Source: Gaiellales bacterium
GTDB lineage: Bacteria; Actinomycetota; Thermoleophilia; Gaiellales; JALYLC01
Assembly (NCBI GenBank): GCA_035696365.1
Contig: DASRQS010000136.1
Coordinates: forward strand, 259-64,258
Direction of reading: 5' to 3'
Length of the DNA stretch: 64,000 nt
Position 1 is the first letter of the stretch; the number at the start of each line of letters is the position of its first letter. Below are positions 41,122-49,836 of the stretch, one piece after another. The notes beneath the pieces are model-generated. The model did no database searches, was not told where the DNA came from, and worked only from the letters and a program-made list of their open reading frames with translations. The position numbers and the translations under genes were made by a program.

Positions 41122-41782
41122 CGGCGATCTGCAAGCAGCCCTGGCCGCGGGCGTGAGCGCCGCCGAGGGCGAGCAGCGGGCGCTCCTGGGCTCGATCGTG
41201 AACGTTGCCCGTTCCATCTTCCGTGCCAAGGCCGCGTCCGTCTTCCTCTACGACGGCGAGGCCGACGAGCTCGTGTTCGAGGCCGTGTCCGGAGAGGGCG
41301 AGCAGTCGCTCGTCGGAACGCGCATGCCGTCAGGCACGGGCGTCGCGGGCTGGGTGCTGACGACCCGCCAGCCGCTGATCGTCAACGACACGACGGCGGA
41401 TTCGCGCTTTTCACGCGAGGCGGCCGAGCGCACGGGGTTCGTGCCGAAGAGCCTGATGTGCGCGCCGCTCCTGCACGGCGATCAGTCGCTCGGGGTGATC
41501 AACGTCCTCGACCGGCCGCTGCGGCCGGGCTTCGCGCTCGAGGAGATCGACCTGCTCGGCCTGTTCGCGCACCAGGCGGCGCTGGCGCTCCTGCAACTGC
41601 AACGCGCGCGTCGCGTGCAACGCGTGCTGTCCGGCCAGAGCGACGAGACCCAGGCGGTGGCGCGACTCGCCCAGGTACTCGCGCTCTCGACGCCCGAGGC
41701 CGCCAGCGCGGATCGGGTCGCGCTGCTCGTGGCGCTCGCGAAGATCCTCGAAGGGCAGACGGGCGGGCGGCCCCGGGGATGA
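41114..41782 (+). CDS. GAF-domain protein
   Basis: The ATG at 41114 overlaps the S8 gene end by 8 nt. ASVFLYDGEADELVFEAVSGEG...GVAGWVLTTRQPLIVND...KSLMCAPLLHGDQSLGVINVLD is a GAF pattern. Confidence 0.8.
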   Translation: MGDGDLQAALAAGVSAAEGEQRALLGSIVNVARSIFRAKAASVFLYDGEADELVFEAVSGEGEQSLVGTRMPSGTGVAGWVLTTRQPLIVNDTTADSRFSREAAERTGFVPKSLMCAPLLHGDQSLGVINVLDRPLRPGFALEEIDLLGLFAHQAALALLQLQRARRVQRVLSGQSDETQAVARLAQVLALSTPEAASADRVALLVALAKILEGQTGGRPRG

Positions 41783-42306
41783 CGCTCGCCGATCTCCCCG
41801 ACGCCGAGCTCGTACGGCGGATGCGCAACGGCGACGAGGCTGCGTGGGCGGCCTTCGTCGAGCGCTACTCGCGCTACGTCTACGCAATTGCGATTCGGGC
41901 CTACCGGCTGCGCGAGCACGATGCGGAGGACGTGTTCCAGGAGGTCTTCGCGCGTGCCTATAGCCACCTCGGGAGCCTCCGCAACGACGATGGGGTCAGG
42001 CCCTGGATCGGGCAGCTGACGCGTCACCTCTGCGTCGACCGGCTCCGCTCGAGCGGCCGCGAGGAGCTCGCGGCGAACATCGAGGTGGCAGCGGAGGAGA
42101 CGATCGAGCGGATCGAAGAAGCCTGCGTGGTGCAGGAGGCACTCGGTACTCTGAGCCTCGACTGCCGCGAGGTCGTCGATCGCTTCTTCTGCCGCGACGA
42201 GTCGTATCGCCAGATCGGCGATGCGCTCGGCATCCCGAGCGGCACGATTGCAAGCCGTATCTCCCGCTGTCTTGCGCGTCTGCGCGAGCACATGGAGGCC
42301 CGCTGA
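41779..42306 (+). CDS. ECF-type sigma-70 family factor
   Basis: ATGA overlap with the GAF gene. Region 2 (FVERYSRYVYAIAIR..EDVFQEVF) and region 4 (ESYRQIGDALGIPSGTIASRISRCLARLR). Confidence 0.88.
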   Translation: MTLADLPDAELVRRMRNGDEAAWAAFVERYSRYVYAIAIRAYRLREHDAEDVFQEVFARAYSHLGSLRNDDGVRPWIGQLTRHLCVDRLRSSGREELAANIEVAAEETIERIEEACVVQEALGTLSLDCREVVDRFFCRDESYRQIGDALGIPSGTIASRISRCLARLREHMEAR

Positions 42307-42342
42307 TGGGCGAGGGAAGAAATCGCATCCTGCCACCGTCTC

Positions 42343-42612
42343 TTGACCACGATGTCTGAAGGCTTCCTCCCCGAAGAGCGGATCGCGGCGCTCCTTTCCC
42401 TGCTGTCGCCGGCACCGCCGGCGTGGGTCGAGGCGGCCAAGCAGCTGCCCGCGGCCCGTGCGCAGATCGACGGCATCGTGGCGCGAGCCGAGCGGGACGC
42501 CGAGTATCGCGCCCGGCTGGTGGCTGACCTCGAGCAGGCCCTCGCGGCAGACGGGATCGAGCCGACACCGACCCTGCGGCGCGAGCTCTCGCGCCGCCTC
42601 GAGGCCGACTAG
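42343..42612 (+). CDS. Small soluble protein downstream of the ECF sigma (hypothetical)
   Basis: 89 aa with no TM segment and no zinc anti-sigma motif. It sits in anti-sigma position, 36 nt after the sigma stop. Confidence 0.4.
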   Translation: MTTMSEGFLPEERIAALLSLLSPAPPAWVEAAKQLPAARAQIDGIVARAERDAEYRARLVADLEQALAADGIEPTPTLRRELSRRLEAD

Positions 42613-43166
42613 GGGCCGGGCTCATCCGCGCGCAGAGCGGCGCGGGCTGCTTCTGCGGCCGCAGCACTCGCGCCCGTGCGACGCCAGTCGTCGTCGCCAA
42701 TGATGAGGTTGCTGCGCACGAGCACCGACGCGGTGGAGGCCGCCGCAGCCGAGAGGTGCGCTATGCCCACGTAATCGGCGCGGCGGACGCCGTCGCACGT
42801 GTGAGCGAGGTGGGCCGCGAGCAACGCGAGGTCACAGGCCGTCTCGGCGATCACGCGCGGTGTTGCAGCTGCCTCGCCAAGCGTGACCTCGAGCCAGAAC
42901 CCGTCGCCTTCGCCGGTCGCCGCCGCTACGAGCTGCTTCCTCGCGGCGGCGAACGCCGCGTCATTCGAGATGGAGAGCACCCCGGCGCGCATGCCGATGC
43001 GCTGCGCCTGCGCGGCGGTCCCTCCGTCGCCGTCCTCGTGCGCGAGCGCGGCAACCAGCATCGCGGCTTGTGCGACGACGTTCGCCGCCAGACTGCCGAC
43101 TCCGAGCGGGGATCGCTCGCCGGGCTCGTCGGCCGCGCTCATCGAATCCTCTCGCCTGGGTGGCAA
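42609..43166 (-). CDS. Cyclodeaminase/cyclohydrolase-family-like helical protein (tentative)
   Basis: GVGSLAANVVAQAAMLVAALA resembles the N-terminal motif of FTCD_C-type proteins. The match is weak. Confidence 0.4.
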   Translation of the reverse strand: MPPRREDSMSAADEPGERSPLGVGSLAANVVAQAAMLVAALAHEDGDGGTAAQAQRIGMRAGVLSISNDAAFAAARKQLVAAATGEGDGFWLEVTLGEAAATPRVIAETACDLALLAAHLAHTCDGVRRADYVGIAHLSAAAASTASVLVRSNLIIGDDDWRRTGASAAAAEAARAALRADEPGP

Positions 43167-43411
43167 GGCCGGCGGATCATGTCGAGAGAGTACGGCGGTT
43201 TTCGGGGGTGATGCTCACGATTCACGAGATGCCGATGTTGGCATCGACCCTCTGCGTGAACGTGCCGTGCCCGTTCGGGTCGGCTGCGGTGACAGGATCC
43301 TCGAGTGGATGACAGCGCGGCGCACACCTTGTGGGGGCCAGATCGTTTCCTCGTTCGAGGCCGAGGCAAGCGCCACGCCCGCCGAGACCGTCGCGCATCC
43401 GGAGTCGGCTC

Positions 43412-44029
43412 TCACCCCCCTTGCTTACCCTCATGCGTCGTCAGGCGTAGTTCACGGTCGAGGGCACGGGCCGACGTGAATGTGGCGGTGTGCATTCCGA
43501 GGTCGCGGGCGGTCAGGGTGTTCTCGGAGCGGTCGTCGATGAAGAGCACCTCGCTCGGCTGCGCGCCGAGATCGTTCAGCACAAGCTGAAAGGCTTGCGG
43601 GTCGGGCTTGGCGGCACCGAGTCGGCAGCTGTAGTAGCGGTGCTCGAAGTTTCGTGACCACGAGCATTGATCGATAGCGTCGGCCAGCGGTTCGGGCGCG
43701 TTGGACAGCAGCGCAAGCTGGGCGCCAGTGCGGCGCGCGTAGCTGAGCAGGGTGGGCAGGGTGAGGGAGTTCAGCCGGAGCCAGCCGTGGACGTCGATGC
43801 TCGTGAGCCGGTCCACCAGGCGGCGTGACCCGCTCAGGTCGCGGGCCAGGACATCGGACCAGTAGTCGGCGGGTGGTTGGCCGAGATCGTAGGCGTGTCG
43901 GTGGTGCCAGTAGCGCTCGAGGAAGGCGTCGCGCAGTTGGTCGGCGAGGCCGGCCAGGTCGTTGATGGTATTTTCGGGTAGCGGGGTGCTGATGACCTCG
44001 CCGTAGTCCACGAGCAGCCGCCGGATCAT
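43412..44029 (-). CDS. HAD-superfamily hydrolase
   Basis: Motif I LLVDYGEVIS, motif II LALLSNA, and motifs III/IV KPDP...VLFIDD. ATGA overlap with the upstream MFS gene. Only the last 205 codons of track ORF 43412..45175 were accepted. Confidence 0.8.
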   Translation of the reverse strand: MIRRLLVDYGEVISTPLPENTINDLAGLADQLRDAFLERYWHHRHAYDLGQPPADYWSDVLARDLSGSRRLVDRLTSIDVHGWLRLNSLTLPTLLSYARRTGAQLALLSNAPEPLADAIDQCSWSRNFEHRYYSCRLGAAKPDPQAFQLVLNDLGAQPSEVLFIDDRSENTLTARDLGMHTATFTSARALDRELRLTTHEGKQGG

Positions 44030-45282
44030 GCCGCTCCGTTGTGATGGCCGTAGGCAGCGGGCTGGCGATCGCTTAGCGCTCGGGAGGTGCGGGTGCCGGC
44101 GATGACAAAGGCGGTGAGCAGCGGCAGTAGACCCAGCGCGACGGGCAGCGACGTCCATTCCGACAGGCGCCCGATGAGCGGTGGGCCGCAGACGAATCCT
44201 GCCCATCCGCAGGCTGATGCGGTGGCCACAGCTGTGCCCGGGTGCAGGCCGGGTATACGTCCGGAGGCGCTGAACACGGCCGGGATCACGGAGGCCAATC
44301 CGATACCGAGGCAGCCGAACCCGAGCAGGCTGATCGCGGGCTGGGCGATCAGCAGGCTGGCGGCGAACCCGACCGTCGCGACCGCGGCCAATGTGGGTAT
44401 CAAGCGGTCGGGGCCAAAGCGGGTCAGCAGGCGGTTCCCGAACAGCCGGACGGTCACCATGGCCAGGGAGAACGCGGCGTAGCCGAGGCCGGACGTCACA
44501 CCGCTGGTGTGCAGCGGGCCGGATAGGTAGACGGCAGCCCAGTCGGCGGTGGCGCCCTCGCACAGCATCGCGGCGAACGCGATCGCGCCCAGCAGGATCA
44601 TTCCACCGGACCACCGCGACGTCGAGCCAACCGCGTGCCGGTCGGCATCGGGATGGCCGGAGAGGGCGTTGGGGTTGCCGGGGCGTTCCGCTGTGGCGGG
44701 CAGCATCCGGGCGGTGAGCAGCCCGGCGACCAGCAGGGCGATCATGCCCATAACGAGCAGTTGGATGCTGAGGGTGATGCCGGCGGCCACGGCGAGAGCG
44801 CCGATGCCGGCGCCGGCGAACGAGCCGAGGCTCCAGCTGCCGTGCAGCCCGGACATCAGCACCCGCCGTTCGGTTCGCTCGACGGTGATGGCCTGGGTAT
44901 TCATCGCCACGTCGAGCGTGCCCTGGAACGCGCCCCACACGAACAGCGCCGCGAACAGCATCGGCAGGCTGCCGCTCAGGCCAAGTAGTGGGCCGGCGGC
45001 GCAGTAGCCGACCAGCGCGACCTGCACGATGCGGCGACTTCCCAGCCTGAGCAGCAGCCAGGACGACGCGATCATCGCGGTCACCGAACCGACCGGGGCG
45101 CCCAGGAGCGCGAACCCCAGCGTGCCGTCCGTCAACCCGAGATGTGCCTTGACGTTGGGGATGTGCGCGGTCCACGACGCGAACAGCAACCCATGCACGA
45201 CGAAGACTGCGGTCACCGCGATCCGTGGCCAGCGCACCAAGCTACCGACAGCCGCGGTGGTCTGCCAGGTCGTGTCAGACAC
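44026..45282 (-). CDS. MFS transporter
   Basis: 418 aa, about 12 predicted TM segments, typical MFS layout. Confidence 0.85.
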   Translation of the reverse strand: MSDTTWQTTAAVGSLVRWPRIAVTAVFVVHGLLFASWTAHIPNVKAHLGLTDGTLGFALLGAPVGSVTAMIASSWLLLRLGSRRIVQVALVGYCAAGPLLGLSGSLPMLFAALFVWGAFQGTLDVAMNTQAITVERTERRVLMSGLHGSWSLGSFAGAGIGALAVAAGITLSIQLLVMGMIALLVAGLLTARMLPATAERPGNPNALSGHPDADRHAVGSTSRWSGGMILLGAIAFAAMLCEGATADWAAVYLSGPLHTSGVTSGLGYAAFSLAMVTVRLFGNRLLTRFGPDRLIPTLAAVATVGFAASLLIAQPAISLLGFGCLGIGLASVIPAVFSASGRIPGLHPGTAVATASACGWAGFVCGPPLIGRLSEWTSLPVALGLLPLLTAFVIAGTRTSRALSDRQPAAYGHHNGAA

Positions 45283-46033
45283 GGTGCACGTGCACGCCGG
45301 CGGCTTCCAGCGCGCGGACCGCCGACTCGGGCGCTTGATCGTCGGTGACCACGACGTCGATCGCGGCCAGCTCGCACACCACGGCCATCGCGGCCCGGCT
45401 GAACTTGGCGCCGTCCACGGCCAGGATGCTGCGACGGGCCGATGCCAGCAGCGCCTGCTTGACCGAGGCGTCGCCTAGATCGTGGGCCATCACGTTCCCT
45501 TCCGGCGACACTCCGCAGCAGCCCAGTACGACGGTGTCGAACCGCAGGGCCGCGATGCCGGCCAGGGCCAGTGGACCCACCATGGCCAGCTCGCCGGGAC
45601 GGACCTCACCACCGGGCAGCATCAGCCGAACAGACGCCGATCCAGCCAGCGCCATCGTCGCGTGCAGCGACAGGGGCATGACCGTCAACCGGTGCCCGGT
45701 CAACGCGCGTGCCGTCTCGACCACCGTGGTGCCGCTGTCCAGGCCGACGGCCTCGCCGTCGGCGATCAGTTCCGCCACCGCGGCGGCGATCCGGCGTTTG
45801 CTGTCCACCGCCTCGATCTCGCGCATCGCGAACGGCAGTTCTTCGCCGCGCATCAGTAGGTTCACCGCCCCGCCCCGCACTCGCCGAGCCACGCCCCGTG
45901 CGACCAGCACGTCCAGGTCGCGGCGGATCGTCAGCTCCGCCGTGCCGAACTCCGCGGCCGCGGTTGCGACCTCGACCCGGCCGTCCCGTCGCAGCACGTC
46001 GACCAGCTCACTCAGACGTTGCGAACCATCCAT
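45275..46033 (-). CDS. DeoR/GlpR-family transcriptional regulator
   Basis: N-terminal HTH (RLSELVDVLRRDGRVEVATAAAEFGTAELTIRRDLDVL) and the DeoR C-terminal sensor domain. Confidence 0.92.
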   Translation of the reverse strand: MDGSQRLSELVDVLRRDGRVEVATAAAEFGTAELTIRRDLDVLVARGVARRVRGGAVNLLMRGEELPFAMREIEAVDSKRRIAAAVAELIADGEAVGLDSGTTVVETARALTGHRLTVMPLSLHATMALAGSASVRLMLPGGEVRPGELAMVGPLALAGIAALRFDTVVLGCCGVSPEGNVMAHDLGDASVKQALLASARRSILAVDGAKFSRAAMAVVCELAAIDVVVTDDQAPESAVRALEAAGVHVHRV

Positions 46034-46227
46034 AAACCCTAAGGTACACGCTATATGTTCGTACGAACATGAGCCAGGTGCTAATTGGTCGACGAGGGCG
46101 GATCGGGGTCACGCGTCTGGCAGGCGGTCGTGGGGCACACCGTCGCCCGTCCTCATCACGGGTAGCGGATCGACTTCCGGCCGCCCGTGGATGAGGCCCT
46201 GAGCGAGACACAGTTGCTCTCCCATGA

Positions 46228-46420
46228 GCCGCGCGTCGTCACGTTGCCGACGACTATCCGCTCGCGGGGCGGGCGAGCGTCGGCATCCAAGAGATCCTCC
46301 CCGAGCCGATCGTCGCGGCGCGGGGCTCTGCCGGCCCGTGGCGCGACTACTGGCTCGCCATCGAGCATCGCAACGGCGTCCCGCCGATCGTCATCGGCGA
46401 GGCGGCGACGCGCGAGGCGG
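46228..46420 (+). pseudogene. Possible decayed fragment of a LysR-type regulator substrate-binding domain
   Basis: Hand translation of a frame not in the track: ...VGIQEILPEPIVAARGSAGPWRDYWLAIEHRNGVPPIVIGEAATREAELQ. It resembles actinobacterial LysR C-terminal regions but has no start codon, and the continuation is frameshifted. Confidence 0.25.
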
Positions 46421-46577
46421 AGTTGCAGCCGTGCCCTCCGCGTATTCCAGCAGCTGTCAGCGCCTCAGCGACCTTCGCATGTCACGGCGGCAAAGCCGCC
46501 GCAAGCGAGATCGTCGATGGCAAGGGTCTGTTCATGAGCGAACCGGGGCGGCACCAGCTCCGCCCTCCGCCGACGTC

Positions 46578-47075
46578 CTAACCGCTCGACGTCGCGCTGC
46601 TGCCGTCAGCGTGGTTGCTCTGCAGGCTCGAACAGCCGCCAACGGGCACAGGATAGATCGCGCCCTTGGAGACGAGCGACGGGACCGAGCGAGCCGAAAC
46701 GCGCCGTGTGACGTAAAGCTCGACGTGGCGCTTGTGGTGCTTCGGCCAGCAGATGAGGACCTTGCGGTGATACTGCTTGGCGAATGGCTCATGGCTGCCG
46801 CTGTTGGAGTGCTTGCCGGCGGACTCGCCCACGGCCGAGCGAACCGCTGAAGTGGAGGAATTGATCGCATTCTTGGCAGCGCCCACGCCGCCGAATGCGA
46901 GCATGCTGGCGAGGAGCGCCATCGTCACCGCGAAGGCCAGCGTCAGACGCGGCCTCGGCGTCGAGTGCTGACGACGGCCGACCGAAGCGGTGACGCGCTG
47001 CACGAACTGCGCATCCGGCTCGCTGCGCGCGTCGCGCAACCTTCGTTCGAGGTCGTGACGGTCGCGTTCCGGCAT
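46578..47075 (-). CDS. Single-pass membrane protein, paralog A (anti-sigma-like layout, function unknown)
   Basis: GGAGGGGG ribosome-binding site and TM LAFAVTMALLASMLAFGGV. The C-terminus KQYHRKVLIC...SARSVPSLVSKGAIYPVPVGGC is shared with the ORF at 59624..60184. Confidence 0.55.
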   Translation of the reverse strand: MPERDRHDLERRLRDARSEPDAQFVQRVTASVGRRQHSTPRPRLTLAFAVTMALLASMLAFGGVGAAKNAINSSTSAVRSAVGESAGKHSNSGSHEPFAKQYHRKVLICWPKHHKRHVELYVTRRVSARSVPSLVSKGAIYPVPVGGCSSLQSNHADGSSATSSG

Positions 47076-47160
47076 CTCTGCTACCCCCTCCGAGATTCCT
47101 GCTACACGACTTACTACCGGCAGTCAGCGGAAAACCTTACGGAGAGGACGGGGTGGGTCA
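46578..47160 (-). repeat. Left copy of a duplicated module flanking the polysaccharide island
   Basis: Shares with 59581..60262 a 53-nt block with 3 mismatches (ggatagatcgcgcccttggagacgagcg..gggac.gagcgagccgaaacgcg) and an upstream block (aaaccttacggRgaggaYggggtg, with taccggc 17 nt before it). Confidence 0.65.
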
Positions 47161-47306
47161 GACCACCACACGACGGTCGTCGTGCGGTGGGCACGACCAG
47201 TTCGTCGGCCGTGCCGTGAGGGATCGAACGGGCGTGCCGGAGGCGGGTACCGGCCACGCGATAGGCAATGAGTTGCCGTTGCCACTGTTCGCGGGTGGCG
47301 ACAGCC

Positions 47307-49262
47307 TTACTTAAGTGGATTGCCCCCAAGAAGCCGTGCGAGCTTCAGCGTCTCCAGATCGAGCGGGTTCAGCGCCAGGGCCTTGGCTGTAGCCTTGCGG
47401 CGCTCGGCTCCCTTCGCAACTTGGGCGAGGTCGTACCACGCCTGCCATGCGGCCGGGTCGCGCGCCACGGCGACACGCAGAGAGGCACGCGCGGCGGCCG
47501 GCTCGCGCCGCGCGGTTTGCGCCTCACCAAGCAGCTGCCAGGGCAGTGCGGAAAAACCGCCCACGCGCGCCGCGGCCTGGGCGGCGTGGCTCTCGGCCGC
47601 GGCCCAATCACCATTATCGATGGCGTTCCGCGCTTGCCCGAGCGGGTAGGCGCCATGCAGTGACCACAGCGCGAAACCGGAAAACGCGATGCCTGCCGCG
47701 ATAGGCAGAATCCGCGCCGGCGTACTCGGCCGAGAGGAGTGCGACCTGCGTGCCATGATCAGCAAAGCAGCACCGCAGCCCAGTCCCGCCAGCGAGACAG
47801 CCGCCAGTTGCCAGTCCCAATCGGCGCCCGCGTGGACGAGGAAGGCGACGTAGGCCGCGGTGGCACCGGCAGCCAGCGGATGCCTGCGGGCGCGCCAGGC
47901 GGCGACGACCGGTGCGCCGAGAGCAGTCAGGAGCAGCGCCAGTCCGAGCGGTCCGAGCTCGGCAAGCGTCTCCAGGTATTGGGAGTGCGCGTTATCCGCG
48001 TCAAGCGCCAGCGGACGGTTCTGCAGCCACTTGGATGCATAGCTGCCCGCTCCCGAGCCGAAAAGCGGATGGCGACCGGCATCCTGCCATGCCACACTCC
48101 ACAGGTCGATCCGGAAGGAGCCCGATGCGTCGAACAGGCGCGCGTTGAGATCGGCAGTGCTCGACGGGGGTGGGGCAGCGAAGCGATGCGCGGCACGGTC
48201 GACCATCGTCCACGGTGCTCCGAACCGCAGGACGCCGCCGGCGAGTACCAGGAGGCACAGCGCTGCGAGGATCCGCGCGAATGCTTGCCGAGCGCCCAGC
48301 GGAACACGAACGCGCCGCTCGGCGCGCGCGAGTGAGGCCACGACGAGTGCCGCCGCCACCGCCAGCGCGAGGAACTCGAGGGCGAGTGATCGTCCGTCGC
48401 TACGCGCTTCTGATAGCACCGGCTGCGCACTGGTGAGGGCGTGCGAGCGCGAGGCGAGCAAGACAGCCGCGCCGGGCCATGGCGCGATTACCCCGAGCCA
48501 CGCGACCAGGCCGAGCCGGCGAGGATCGAGCGCCAGTGCCACCAGCAGGCCGACCGCGAGCGCCACCCACGCCCCTCGAGAGAATGTGAAATAGAGAGCT
48601 CCCGCGCACGGAACCGTGCTTGCGGCCGCGGCCGCACGGAGAACCGGAGAGCGCACCCGGGCGGCGAGCACAACGCCCAAGCACAAACCCATAGCCGCCC
48701 AGAGCCCGAGGCTGTTCCAATAGCCCAGCGGTTCGTACAGGCGGTTGTTGCCCGAGGCGTCGTCGCGGACGCCCCCGCCCGGGAACAGCCGGGTACCCAG
48801 GGCGACGAGCGAGACAACGACGAGCGATCCCCAGATGGCCGTCAGCGCATGAGTTGCGCAACGGACGAGCGTGAGCACCGCGGCGAGCACGGCCACGTAG
48901 AGGGCGATCAGCTGCGCCTGGGGCAACGCCGATCCGAGGCCGCCGGGAGCCCAGGCGGCTGAGAAAAGAGCAACGGCGCCCAGCAGCGTGAGCGCGGTGA
49001 GCTGCAGGAGTTCAAATCGCTGAAGCCGTTGCCGCCTCCCGAGCAGTGCGGTCAACGCGACCAGCCAGGCGCACGCCGCTGTGGGTAGCCCCCAGCTCTC
49101 CGGGTAATAGCCGCCATGTTGCAGCGCAAGGAAGACGAGCAACGCGCCGAGCAGCACAGGCCCAGCAAGTTCACCTCGGAATCGACCAAACGTGCGCCTG
49201 GCTGCAACAGAAGCCGCATCATCAACCGTAGTCTGCACGTCAGATCTAGTATAGTCAGGCAC
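47307..49262 (-). CDS. O-antigen ligase/polymerase-family membrane protein with C-terminal TPR repeats
   Basis: Wzy_C-type signatures YFTFSRGAWVALAVGLLV and GSGAGSYASKW...DNAHSQYLETLAELGPLG, with a TPR-like tail. Confidence 0.85.
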   Translation of the reverse strand: MPDYTRSDVQTTVDDAASVAARRTFGRFRGELAGPVLLGALLVFLALQHGGYYPESWGLPTAACAWLVALTALLGRRQRLQRFELLQLTALTLLGAVALFSAAWAPGGLGSALPQAQLIALYVAVLAAVLTLVRCATHALTAIWGSLVVVSLVALGTRLFPGGGVRDDASGNNRLYEPLGYWNSLGLWAAMGLCLGVVLAARVRSPVLRAAAAASTVPCAGALYFTFSRGAWVALAVGLLVALALDPRRLGLVAWLGVIAPWPGAAVLLASRSHALTSAQPVLSEARSDGRSLALEFLALAVAAALVVASLARAERRVRVPLGARQAFARILAALCLLVLAGGVLRFGAPWTMVDRAAHRFAAPPPSSTADLNARLFDASGSFRIDLWSVAWQDAGRHPLFGSGAGSYASKWLQNRPLALDADNAHSQYLETLAELGPLGLALLLTALGAPVVAAWRARRHPLAAGATAAYVAFLVHAGADWDWQLAAVSLAGLGCGAALLIMARRSHSSRPSTPARILPIAAGIAFSGFALWSLHGAYPLGQARNAIDNGDWAAAESHAAQAAARVGGFSALPWQLLGEAQTARREPAAARASLRVAVARDPAAWQAWYDLAQVAKGAERRKATAKALALNPLDLETLKLARLLGGNPLK

Positions 49263-49326
49263 CGCAAATTGGGGTATCCTGGCTTTTCCCCCGCGTCAAG
49301 GCGTGGGCTTTTGCATATGGAGACAG

Positions 49327-49836
49327 ATGCAGCGTCGGCGCGACCCGCTGATTAACCCCGAGCCCTTGATTCGACGGGTATATAGCTACGCGGCGTATCG
49401 CTTGGGCGACGGTGCAGATGCTGAGGATGCGACGAGCGAAACGCTCGAGCGAGCTCTGCGATACCGCCAGTCGTACGATCCTCGAGCCGGCAGCGCGCAG
49501 GCATGGCTTCTGGGCATCGCGCGCCGGGTTGTCGACGATCACCTCTCGCGAGCGCGGACGCTGGTGAACTGCGGCTCAGACGCCGATGTCGCGGGCGACG
49601 ACGAACTAAGCTCGGAGGCGATCGAGCGATTGTCGCTCCGCAGCGCACTCGCGGCACTCGCGCAGGACGAGCGTGACCTGCTCGCCATGCGCTATGGCGC
49701 CGACCTCACGGCGCGCGACATTGCGCGAATCACCGACACCCGAGTCAACACGGTGGAGGTCGCACTTCACCGCGTGCTTGCCAAGCTCCGCGAGAGTATG
49801 GACGCAAGCTCGCTAGCGCAGAAGAAGGACGCATGA
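49327..49836 (+). CDS. ECF-type sigma-70 family factor embedded in the polysaccharide cluster
   Basis: Region 2 (RVYSYAAYRLGDGADAEDATSETL) and region 4 (DERDLLAMRYGADLTARDIARITDTRVNTVEVALHRVLAKLR). ATG 49327 is preceded by GGAGA. The track ORF starts at GTG 49303. Confidence 0.85.
   Translation: MQRRRDPLINPEPLIRRVYSYAAYRLGDGADAEDATSETLERALRYRQSYDPRAGSAQAWLLGIARRVVDDHLSRARTLVNCGSDADVAGDDELSSEAIERLSLRSALAALAQDERDLLAMRYGADLTARDIARITDTRVNTVEVALHRVLAKLRESMDASSLAQKKDA

Noticed and set aside
43215-43434. Several overlapping 60-76 aa minus-strand ORFs in the 245-nt gap before the HAD gene.
   Set aside because: They are mutually overlapping, with no Shine-Dalgarno and no family resemblance. The gap is treated as non-coding.
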